64,000 nucleotides of DNA from Macrostomum hystrix (lineage: Eukaryota; Animalia; Platyhelminthes), in NCBI GenBank assembly GCA_950097015.1, contig CATNEN010000001.1, positions 22,010,001-22,074,000 on the forward strand, read 5' to 3'. The position numbers were made by a program, and so were the translations under genes. Shown here piece after piece: positions 26,317-37,266 of the stretch. The stretch's first letter is position 1, and each line of letters opens with the position of its first letter. The notes beneath the pieces were generated by a model. That model made no database searches, had not been told where the DNA came from, and saw only the letters and a list, made by a program, of their open reading frames with translations.

Positions 26317-26678
26317 GTATATATCTTCAAATAAACAAGAGCTGCATATCGCATTGGCAATTCTCAATCTGGTTATTTCTTTAATAAAAATCACGCAACG
26401 ACTTTATTTTGTAGCATAAGCTAATATACTGCAATATATGAGTGCAATTAATGAACTGAAAATTATTTTAGTTCACGGTAAACGGAGGCTCCAGTACAGT
26501 GCCCACATTTTTCGTCGCATTAAACTCACTAATAGGTCTAGAGTTCGAATCTAAGCCGAAGGAATTGCCGTTTGTTTCAGTTAAATGGTAAAATGGGTTC
26601 CTGAATTAGCTGGGATGAAAGTTTGTCACTGGCCTTACAATGAGATATAAATATAAATAATAGTAATAATAATTTATA

Positions 26679-26923
26679 ACACCTGCCAACAGCCCAGCCT
26701 CAGCTATTGCGCGGCGCATCTGAAGGCTGCGTACGGCTGTTCAGTCCATGGACTGGAGAGACGCCACACCGACCATAAATTATTACCGATTGAACAGCTG
26801 GGTGAACTGAAGCAATGCATAGTTAAGTACCTTGCTAAAAAACACAATTTTTTTTTCAATTTAAGTTGGGAATCGAACCAACGACTTTTAAGCCATGAGT
26901 CCGACGCTCTAACCACTAGGCTA
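26679..26923 (-). mobile_element. tRNA-derived SINE, same family as 8280-8545
   Basis: Minus strand TAGCCTAGTGGTTAGAGCGTCGGACTCA...GGTTCGATTCCC; (TTA)n tail. Confidence 0.8.
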
Positions 26924-27036
26924 AAACCCCATTGATAAAAATATCTAGCTTTCCCATAGTTCGGATGCGAAAGTTTTGCACGAAAGCGTCATAAACGACA
27001 TATTTTTTCTTACTAATCGATTAATCAATAAATTAA

Positions 27037-30000
27037 TCAATTGGTGTTGCGCAGAAGCTGAACAAGTTTTTCTTTGACTGACGCAATCGAATCGTCGTAG
27101 GAGCTGCTCATAGCGACTAGTTTCTGGTGAGCCATCTCCAACTCGCGCGGTTCTCCGCTGAATTGGGCCAGTGACAGCAGCTCCACCAAGTCGGCGCCCT
27201 CCTGAATCTCCTGGAACCAGCGCGCGGTGTCCAACTCGTCTGCAGGCAGCAGCTCGAAGCACAAGCACTTGACAGTTGCATCGAAGTTAAAGTAGAAAAA
27301 TTCAAAGTAAGAGTCCAGTTTCTGAGGAAAAATCGACCGCGTATAGGTGGGCAGGAAGGGCAGCTGCAAGCCCTCATCGATGCGGAAGGTGAATCTCCAT
27401 GCTGAGTCACTAGCCAGTAGCTGGTTGAATACTGGCTCATTCACATTCACACTGCGGCTCACTTTGTGAGGCCCAAATAGAACCCTGTCCCTCAGGACAT
27501 GTCTGGCTGCGTTGAGGTCGCCAATTTTCAGCAGCAGCATCACTCTGAAGCACTCCCTCACAGTGTAGGAGCAGTCTGGCACACTGTCGATCAGCCTGCA
27601 GGTGCTTGCGACGCTCTCATCGGCACTCAGCCGGAGCAGAAGCTGCGCCACACAGTCGTACAGCTGGTGGTACTGCCCGCCAAACAGTCGCAGCTCCGGG
27701 CGGAGAGTCGCTCTCTGCAAAGGCAGCAAACTGAACGGATGAAACTGGAAGTTCGGACTGTCCAGAGTAACCAGGAGCTGCTGGAGCTTGACCAGATGCT
27801 CAGAAAGCCTGTCAGAGACAGAGCCGAGGCAGGATAATATCTCGTCTTTAGAGGATGAGCGCCTCTTAAAGTACAGCGGCGCTTCCGGGTAGAAAAAGTG
27901 GCGCATGCAAACCTGTGGATCAGTCTCACTGCTCAAGGAATTTATCAGCTCATTCAGACTTCGGTGCGTGAGCTCCATAAGGTTTTCCGGCTGGCACATC
28001 GCGGGTGCTGTCCGGTGAACCATGCGAAAGATCAGAGTTTTTGCGTGATAAGACTTTAATCCTTTCACCTGCTTGCTAATCACATTCTTTATGAGGTGCT
28101 TCAGGATCACAAAAAGCTGCCCCTGCACTGATGTCAGGCTCCGCATGAACAGCCGCTCTAAGAAGGTGGTGCTGATGCGCATCTCCTTGCCAGACTTTCC
28201 CGGACTGGCTGCTCGAATCAGGTGGCACGGATTTCCCGACCTGATCTCCTCCAACAGGTCCTGCACCAGCTTGTCTGGCAGGAAACCACGAAAGCCCGTC
28301 TGCAGGATGGGCACGTCCGGGTAGCAGCAGCAGCGAATGGCGAACACGTAGTCAGTTGCCGGCCGAAGTCTTGAAGCCAGGCAGGTCTCAGCAGTCACCG
28401 AGGCTATATTGCAAGAGTGCGTCAAGGACTTGAACATTTATTTTAGTGGCGTTGTAGACAGTAGACCACTGGAGTATTTCAAATACACGTCAAATACTCG
28501 TATTTTTCTGTATCTCCAAAAAAAGTCAACCAATCGCCATTAAATTTCATATCACTGGCTAAAATTTTCTGCTCTATCCGATTAAACAAATTAAAGAGTC
28601 ACAAAACATCGGCATCGTCGAGATATTCAAATATTCTCGTCGGAGTGTCTGGTGGCAAAAACCACCATATAGGCATATTTTTCTGCTCATAAAATTTCAT
28701 CATTTAACCAAGTCGGTTAAAAGTTATTGTTAACTTTTTGGATTGATAATTTTATAATTTGATAATTTTTTAATTTTTGTACCAATATGGATTCGCCATA
28801 GACGTTTGTTTATACAGTGCAATGTGAGTTGTCCTTGTCACCAGGGTCTCCGACAAGAATCGCAGAACATCTCGACGATGCTCTGACTCGGAGGGCTAGT
28901 TCATTGTAAAATGCGGAAAAGTTTGATCCAAATGGTGGACTTTCACCAAAGTCGGTCATTCGGTTTGGGAGCTATCGAGAAGTGGGTTTTTGAAATACTC
29001 CAGTGGTCTTTCCCAGGAGAGAAAAAGGTGCAGTCTAATCAATACTGTTAATCAATACAGGCCAAAAAACTCACAAGAGACAGTACACGTGACGTGACCC
29101 TCTACAAACTCTCCAACTTGACCGTCATCAATAGCCTCAGGCGGACACTGGCAGAAGCCGCGAATGTGATACAGGCCGGGTATGAGTCGAGTAAAGTCCA
29201 AATCGGAGTCCATGCCAGTGCATCCGTTCACGCAGGTCAGGTTGTTACCCCAGCCATCACCGTAGCTGCCAGTCACGTGGTGAGGCAGGTTCAGACTCAG
29301 ACTGCAGATGCCCTCGAGACAGTGCGACATCTGAGCCTGGAACTGAGCCCTTTCAGCTGTGAACCCGGCGGCTGAGAGGCGCTGACTGAGCTGGCCGCAG
29401 CCTGCCGACGGAGAAAGCTGCAAAATTTGTTGGCTCGAAGACGATTCGCCGAGTAGAATCGCTCGGATTGTCCGCACACTCGGATGGTCGCGGTAACTGC
29501 CTAGCAGCTCCAGGCAGGATTGCAGGATGACTTGTCTTCTGTCCGGAGACAGAGCCATTGCATCGAACAGGCATTGCACAACCAGCTCATTGAGGAATGA
29601 ACAGGCAAGGAGCAGAGGGGTCTCATCTCCATCATTCGCAGAGAAAGCGTCCGCTTTGGCTTCAAGCAGCAGCTGAACTATGCGGATGTGGCCATTTCTG
29701 GCCGCTGCGTGCAACGGGTGAGAGCCATCTTTGGTACGCAGATTCACATCCGCTTTGGTCTTAATTAGGATAGAAACGATTTCTTCGAGGCCGCTCTTCG
29801 AGGCAAAGAAAAGGGCAGTTTCTCCTTTGTTATTCGGAGTGTCAGGATTTGCCTTGACGCGAATGAGACTCTTCAGGACGCCCTGGTGGTTTCTCAATGC
29901 CGCGTTGCCGAGCGGCGTGACGCCGTGCTTGTTCGGTATCGCAACATCGGCGCACCCTTCGAGCAGCGAGTCGACGCAAACGACTTGGCCCGTCCAACTA

Positions 30001-30524
30001 GCCGTGTTGACTGGCGTCAAGTGGCTGAACCACATCACGTGATCAATGTCGCTGCCCGACTGCATGAGTGCCTCAACCACATCGTTAAAGCCGGTCTCGG
30101 CAGCGATGAACAGCGGAAATGCGCCCATGCTGTCTTCACTGTCAACTTCGGCGCCTGCCTGTAAAAGTCGCAGCACAATGGGCAGGTGCCCGTACTCAGA
30201 CGCCGAGTACAGAGCAGTGGCGCCTGTTCCGTCTCTCAGGTGCAAATCGGCTCCGAATTCCAACAGGACGTCGACAGCCTCCACGTGACCATTCCAGCTG
30301 GCTTTGATGAGCGGGCTGACCCCAGCTGAGTTGCGGAGGTCCACATCTCCTCCGACCCTACAAAGCAGTCTCACGATGGAACGCAGACCGCGCTCCGCTG
30401 CTAGGTAGAGTGGCGGATTCCCGGCCGCATCGCGCGCGTTCAAGTTGACAAGGCCGGACTTCACCAGAGTGCTGACTAGGGCGTCGTTGCCCTCGCAGAT
30501 GGCTGTGAAAAGCTCCGATTCCAT
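27037..30524 (-). CDS. Ankyrin-repeat (about 10) + Mab-21/cGAS-like nucleotidyltransferase (cGLR); 2 exons (30524-29075, 28403-27037), ~938 aa
   Basis: Ten TPLH-type ANK repeats in aa ~1-320. NTase motif VTGSYGDG...MDSDLDF; third acidic residue in TDYVFAIRC. Mab-21 C-lobe motifs MRISTTFLER, LKHLIK, LKSYHAKTLIF, MRHFFYPE. Donor GTGAG (29074) and acceptor AG (28405-4) are phase-1 compatible. Confidence 0.85.
28463..29016. mobile_element. MITE/foldback element with long imperfect TIRs (~200 bp) filling the ANK-cGLR intron
   Basis: AGACCACTGGAGTATTTCAAA / TTTGAAATACTCCAGTGGTCT, plus inner matches GCATCGTCGAGAT / ATCTCGACGATGC. Confidence 0.78.
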
Positions 30525-30884
30525 GGCATCACGGGATGGGATGATAGCCCACAGACAACAGCTGTTGGCATATTTTTAGAGGCTTTAAGTGTACATCTGA
30601 GTTGGTACCGTGTTCATATTTAGCCCCTCCACAGAGCCTGTACAGTGCAGCCAAGCTCACATTGTACGGTTTTTAGCTTTGAGCAGACATTTCATTTTCT
30701 AGCGCTGATGGCACAGTCTAAAATTAGACGCTTATAGTTTCATGGTTAGAAATAAAGCTGATTCGTCAGTACGCACAGCCACTCAAGCACCAATGTACCT
30801 CGATTTTCTGACCCTAGAAAATGACTGTTCGGAATGTATCGCGTTGATCTGACAAAAATATTTTTGCAGGAGAGCTGGCAATGA

Positions 30885-31135
30885 CACATCGTCATTAAAC
30901 CACATTTTCGCAGTGATTTAATGCGACCTTGAGAGCGAACTCTGCCCCTTTTTGCGAGTACGACAACGAAGATGCTGAGCACTTTGTGTGTCACAGCCTT
31001 TTCTTTAACAGAGACTGGCTACGCTACCTCGGGCCCAACCCGTCTATGGACCAACCATACCAGACCGACAGCATTCCACGGCTCGTCCAGTTCCTCCGGG
31101 CGACAAGACAAGAAACGTTCTTCCCGACGGAAGAC
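30885..31135 (+). pseudogene. Degenerate 3' end of a non-LTR retrotransposon (zinc-finger region)
   Basis: PFCEYDNEDAEHFVCH...LVQFLRAT resembles the LINE C-terminal CxxC...E(T/D)xxHxxxC...LxxFL motif. Confidence 0.55.
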
Positions 31136-31357
31136 AACGCTGCAGGACGGACCGGCGGACCACCCTGACCGGCCCCGCGCCATCGCCTCCCCGCTGTGTC
31201 TATGCTGTCCAAGTAAAGTAAGCCAAGTCAGGCCAGATGTACAGCCATGGGCATAACAAAAGTGATTGTTCGGAAGGCTGCGTACAGTCGATGGACTGGG
31301 AGCTGCTTAACACACCAGATTTCTATCCTAGCTGATAATAATAAATAATAATTAATT

Positions 31358-31659
31358 ACACCTGCCCCGATTGGGCTAGATGCGCAGCCGACAGCACAGC
31401 CGCAGCTATTGCGCGCATCTGAAGGCTGCGTACGGCTGTTAAGCCCATGGACTGGGGGGACGCCTCACCCACCTTCCATTACCCCAGCTAATGCTGGTAC
31501 CCATTGAACAGCTGGGTAAACTGAAGCAATGCCCAGCTAAGTGTCTTGTTTAGCAAGACAGTTAAGTGTCTTGCTTAAGGACACAAATTGTTCCAGTGGA
31601 GTCGGGAATCGAACCCCCGACCTTCAAGTCGTGAGTCCGACGCCTTAACCACTAGGCTA
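31358..31659 (-). mobile_element. tRNA-derived SINE, same family as 8280-8545
   Basis: A box TAGCCTAGTGGTTAAGG, B box GGTTCGATTCCC, CORE-like GTCCTTAAGCAAGACACTT...CTTCAGTTTACCCAGCTG. Confidence 0.82.
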
Positions 31660-32044
31660 AATTCTAGCTGATACTCGTACTAGTACCCATTTTACAGTTG
31701 GATGAACTGAAGCAACCGAGAACGAATTGGCTTGGCCATCAACCCAAGATTCGACCTCTCCGATACGAATCCGAAGCTATATATACTGGCCTAAAACCTC
31801 CCCTTAAATTTTAAGACTTTTTAAAAGAAACGTTTAAGTCTAAGAAATCAAAGAAAAAAAATAAATTTAAATGGAACTTTTTTCAGAATAGTATTATGTT
31901 TAAAAAAACCTATCCTAAGTAATAAGGCAAGCAATAAATAGATAAGGAGCAGGAATGTTTTAAAGCCATTTAAAAAGAAAGCTGCAAATTGTGCATGGAT
32001 AAAAACTCGATCAATAATAGTAGTTTAAAAAGCAGTAAAAATCG

Positions 32045-34384
32045 TTAGTCCAGACGCCAGTCAATGGGCGGTCCAGGAGCCAACGCAGCATTGGCCTTGG
32101 AGAAGTGCTTGCAGCCGTTGAACGCGCCGCAGGCCGCTGGTGACGGGTGGGCCGCAGTGAGGATCACGTGGCTCTGACCGCAGCTGTTCTCCTGCTTGAG
32201 CAGCTCGGCCTTGGACTGGGCCGGCTTGCCCCAGAGTAGAAACACGATTAGCTGCTTGGCATTGGCGCTGAGCAACTTCAGAGCTCCATTGGTGAAGCTG
32301 GCCCAGCCTAGCGTGGCGTGCGAGCCCGGCTTGCCTTCCCTGACCGAGTACAGCGAGTGTCTGTGTACAGCTAGTGTCTGTGTACAGCTAGTGTCTGTGT
32401 ACAGCTAGCGTCTGTGTACAGCTAGTGTCTGTGTATGACTAGTGTCTGTTTACGACTAGTGTCTGTGTACAGCTAGTGTCTGTGTACAACTAGTGTCTGT
32501 GTATGACTAGTGTCTGTGTATGACTAGTGTCTGTTTACGACTAGTGTCTGTGTACAACTGGTGTCTGTGTACAGCTAGTGTCTGTGTACAGCGAGTATCT
32601 GTGTACAGCTAGTGTCTGTGTACAACTGGTGTCTGTGTACAACTAGTGTCTGTGTATGACTAGTGTCTGTGTATGACTAGTATCTGTGTATGACTAGTGT
32701 CTGTGTACAGCTAGTATCTGTGTACAGCGAGTGTCTGTGTACAGCTCGATTTTACTCACAGCTAGTGACCAGGTGTCAGTAAATATCTTCTGTCTATGCA
32801 CAAGAGAGTGTCCAATGTCTTACTGTACAGCCATAACAATACCTGCTGCGTGAGCACACTTACGCAACAGTGAGAGCAGTGTTGAGCAGAAGGACGCCTT
32901 GCTTGGCCCACTTCTCAAGTGAGCCAGAACCCGGAGCCACAAAGCCGGGAATATCCGCGGCAAGCTCTTTGAAGAGATTCTTCAGCGTAGGCGGCAGTTT
33001 CTCGCCACCAGAGAATGAGAATGCCAGACCGTCGGCCTGGTGAAAGGATAAAGTTTGGGTCAGTTTGAGTGGCGGCTAATCAAAGAATCGTATTAAGGTG
33101 GCGGGCGGCTGATAAAAGGATCGGTGTGATGTGGCGGCTGATCAAAGGATCGGTGTGAAGTGGCGGCTGATCAAAGGATCGGTGTGAAGTGGCGGCTGAT
33201 GAAAGGATCGGTGCGAAGTGGCGGCTGATAAAAGGATCGGTGTGAACTGGCGGCTGATCAAAGGATCGGTGTGAAGTGGCGCCTGATAAAAGGATCGGTG
33301 TGATGTGGCGGCTGATCAAAGGATCGGTGTGAAGTGGCGGCTGATCAAAGGATCGGTGTGATGTGGCGGCTGATCAAAGGATCGGTGTGAAGTGGCGGCT
33401 GATAAAAGGATCGGTGTGAACTGGCGGCTGATCAAAGGATCGGTGTGAAGTGGCGGCTGATCAAAGGATCGGTGTGATGTGGCGGCTGATCAAAGGATCG
33501 GTGTGAAGTGGCGGCTGATCAAAGGATCGGTGTGAACTGGCGGCTGATCAAAGGATCGGTGCGCGAAGTGGCGGCTAATCAAACGATCGTATTGAGGTGG
33601 CGGGCGGTTGATAAAAGGATCGGTGTGAAGTGGCGGCTGATAAAAGGATCGGTGCGCGAATTGGCGGCTAATCAAACGATCGTATTGAGGTGGCGGGCGG
33701 TTGATAAAAGGATCGGTGTGAAGTGGCGGCTGATAAAAGGATCGGTGCGCGAATTGGCGGCTAATCAAACGATCGTATTGAGGTGGCGGGCGGTTGATAA
33801 AAGGATCGGTGTGAAGTGGCGGCTGATCAAAGGATCGGTGTGAAGTGGCGGCTGATCAAAGGATCAGTGTGAACTGGCGGCTGATCAAATGATCGGTGTG
33901 AAGTGGCGGTTGATAAAAGGATCGGTGTGAAGTGGCGGCTGATCAAAGGATCGGGCTGCATTGGCGGCGCATCAAAGCATCAGTTCCACATGATCACAAC
34001 TCGCACCTGTCCAGGTCCATGATAGGGATCCTGGCCGAGAATGACCACTCGGACCTGGTCCAACGGTGTCAGATTGAATGCTCGCAGGATACAGTTCACA
34101 GGTGGGTAGATGATTTCACCCGAAGCCTGCCTGGCAGCCAGTTGATTGATTAGCTGTCTCCAATTGTCAGTTTCAAACAGGGGCTGAAGGAGTGCCTGCC
34201 AGCCCGCATCAGTGAGGCTGCTTGGCAGGTTGGCCAGCGCAGATGAGCTGGCAGCTGCAGCTGGCAACTTCTTTGACTGTTCTGACGACTTGCCTGAAAC
34301 TCTCGCGCTATTTTTAGCCTGCTTGGCAACTTTTCCGGCGCTAACGCGGCGTTGTTTGCTCTTGTTGTCTCGCTTTGGCGGCAT
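32045..34384 (-). CDS. UNG: Uracil-DNA glycosylase, family 1; 3 exons (34384-34007, 33036-32864, 32339-32045), ~281 aa
   Basis: [83 protein letters not shown]. Splice phases (0, 2) are consistent. Confidence 0.93.
32348..32746. repeat. 17-bp minisatellite (CTAGTGTCTGTGTACAG)n in UNG intron 2
   Basis: About 23 copies, ending a few nt from the splice acceptor. Confidence 0.95.
33068..33953. repeat. 29-bp minisatellite (AAGGATCGGTGTGAAGTGGCGGCTGATCA)n in UNG intron 1
   Basis: About 30 copies with a ~93-bp higher-order unit in the middle. Confidence 0.95.
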
Positions 34385-34784
34385 TGCAGCTGAAATTTAT
34401 TCAGCTTGTTAACAGTAGGAAGCCCACGCTATGTTTACCCCTGTCGTCTATTTGAAATACAACACCGTGGTGTATCTACTGTTAAAAACAAAGAAAGGAA
34501 AATGAAAACTACCTGAACATTTTGGAAACAGATCAAAACATGTAACTCTTCAAGGCATTTACTGCAACATCAACGAGTAATGTATAAGTTAAAAAATAAA
34601 CACGCAATGTGAACAAGAGCTATAACAAAATAGATATAAAAATGGTTCAAACTTTTAAGTAAAAAATAAATATATATAAAGAAAATAAGACACGATTCTT
34701 TGTGTATTGGAATCTGATAAACTGACATGTTCAAGCAATGGTTCAATCTAAGTTCTGTGAAAGTGGCAGCTAATTTATTTTCTA

Positions 34785-37230
34785 GTGGGTCAGTCACTGA
34801 GTGAGTCAGACACATACAATGGGTCAGTCACTGAGTGAGTCAGACACATGCAATTGGTCAGTCACTGAGTGAGTCAGACACATACAATGAGTCAGTCACT
34901 GAGTGAGTCAGACACATGCAATGGGTCAGTCACTGAGTGAGTCAGACACATGCAATTGGTCAGTCACTGAGTGAGTCAGACACATACAATGGGTCAGTCA
35001 CTGAGTGAGTCAGACACATACAATGGGTCAGTCACTGAGTGAGTCAGACACATGCAATGGGTCAGTCACTGAGTGAGTCAGACACATGCAATGGGTCAGT
35101 CACTGAGTGAGTCAGAGTCATGCAATGGGTCAGTCACTGAGTGAGTCAGACACATGCAATTGGTCAGTCACTGAGTGAGTCAGACACATACAATTGGTCA
35201 GTCACTGAGTGAGTCAGACACATGCAATGGGTCAGTCACTGAGTGAGTCAGAGTCATGCAATGGGTCAGTCACTGAGTGAGTCAGACACATACAATGAGT
35301 CAGTCACTGAGTGAGTCAGACACATGCAATTGGTCAGTCACTGAGTGAGTCAGACACATACAATGAGTCAGTCACTGAGTGAGTCAGATACATGCAATGG
35401 GTCAGTCACTGAGTGAGTCAGACACATACAATGGGTCAGTCACTGAGTGAGTCAGACACATACAATGAGTCAGTCACTGAGTGAGTCAGACACATGCAAT
35501 TGGTCAGTCACTGAGTGAGTCAGACACATACAATGAGTCAGTCACTGAGTGAGTCAGATACATACAATGGGTCAGTCACTGAGTGAGTCAGACACATGCA
35601 ATGGGTCAGTCACTGAGTGAGTCAGACACATACAATGGGTCAGTCACTGAGTGAATCAGACACATGCAATGGGTCAGTCACTGAGTGAGTCAGACACATG
35701 CAATGGGTCAGTCACTGAGTGAGTCAGACACATGCAATGGGTCAGTCACTGAGTGAGTCAGACACATACAATGGGTCAGTCACTGAGTGAGTCAGACACA
35801 TACAATGGGTCAGTCACTGAGTGAGTCAGACACATACAATGGGTCAGTCACTGAGTGAGTCAGACACATACAATGAGTCAGTCACTGAGTGAGTCAGATA
35901 CATGCAATGGGTCAGTCACTGAGTGAGTCAGACACATACAATGGGTCAGTCACTGAGTGAGTCAGAGTCATGCAATGGGTCAGTCACTGAGTGAGTCAGA
36001 CACATGCAATGGGTCAGTCACTGAGTGAGTCAGACACATGCAATGGGTGAGTCACTGAGTGAGTCAGACACATGCAATGGGTGAGTCACTGAGTGAGTCA
36101 GAGTCATGCAATGGGTGAGTCACTGAGTGAGTCAGAGTCATGCAATGGGTCAGTCACTGAGTGAGTCAGACACATGCAATGGGTCAGTCACTGAGTGAGT
36201 CAGACACATGCAATGGGTCAGTCACTGAGTGAGTCAGACACATACAATGGGTCAGTCACTGAGTGAGTCAGACACATACAATGGGTCAGTCACTGAGTGA
36301 GTCAGACACATACAATGGGTCAGTCACTGAGTGAGTCAGACACATACAATGAGTCAGTCACTGAGTGAGTCAGATACATGCAATGGGTCAGTCACTGAGT
36401 GAGTCAGAGTCATACAATGGGTCAGTCACTGAGTGAGTCAGACACATGCAATTGGTCAGTCACTGAGTGAGTCAGACACATACAATGGGTCAGTCACTGA
36501 GTGAGTCAGACACATGCAATGGGTGAGTCACTGAGTGAGTCAGAGTCATGCAATGGGTCAGTCACTGAGTGAGTCAGACACATGCAATTGGTCAGTCACT
36601 GAGTGAGTCAGACACATACAATGGGTCAGTCACTGAGTGAGTCAGAGTCATGCAATTGGTCAGTCACTGAGTGAGTCAGACACATGCAATGGGTCAGTCA
36701 CTGAGTGAGTCAGACACATGCAATGGGTGAGTCACTGAGTGAGTCAGACACATGCAATGGGTGAGTCACTGAGTGAGTCAGAGTCATGCAATGGGTGAGT
36801 CACTGAGTGAGTCAGAGTCATGCAATGGGTGAGTCACTGAGTGAGTCAGACACATGCAATGGGTCAGTCACTGAGTGAGTCAGACACATGCAATGGGTGA
36901 GTCACTGAGTGAGTCAGAGTCATGCAATGGGTGAGTCACTGAGTGAGTCAGAGTCATGCAATGGGTGAGTCACTGAGTGAGTCAGAGTCATGCAATGGGT
37001 GAGTCACTGAGTGAGTCAGAGTCATGCAATGGGTGAGTCACTGAGTGAGTCAGAGTCATGCAATGGGTGAGTCACTGAGTGAGTCAGAGTCATGCAATGG
37101 GTGAGTCACTGAGTGAGTCAGAGTCATGCAATGGGTGAGTCACTGAGTGAGTCAGAGTCATGCAATGGGTGAGTCACTGAGTGAGTCAGACACATGCAAT
37201 GGGTGAGTCACTGAGTGAGTCAGAGTCATG
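34785..37230. repeat. 34-bp satellite (GGGTCAGTCACTGAGTGAGTCAGACACATGCAAT)n, ~72 copies
   Basis: Highly homogeneous tandem array between the two UNG loci. Confidence 0.97.
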
Positions 37231-37266
37231 AAAAATTAAGCCTTCAGTCTATTGGTGGACCAACTG

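Noticed and set aside
34785-37230. CRISPR-like array (34-35-bp repeats here and at 39.5-40.6 kb)
   Set aside because: Head-to-tail repeats without unique spacers, no cas genes, eukaryotic context.
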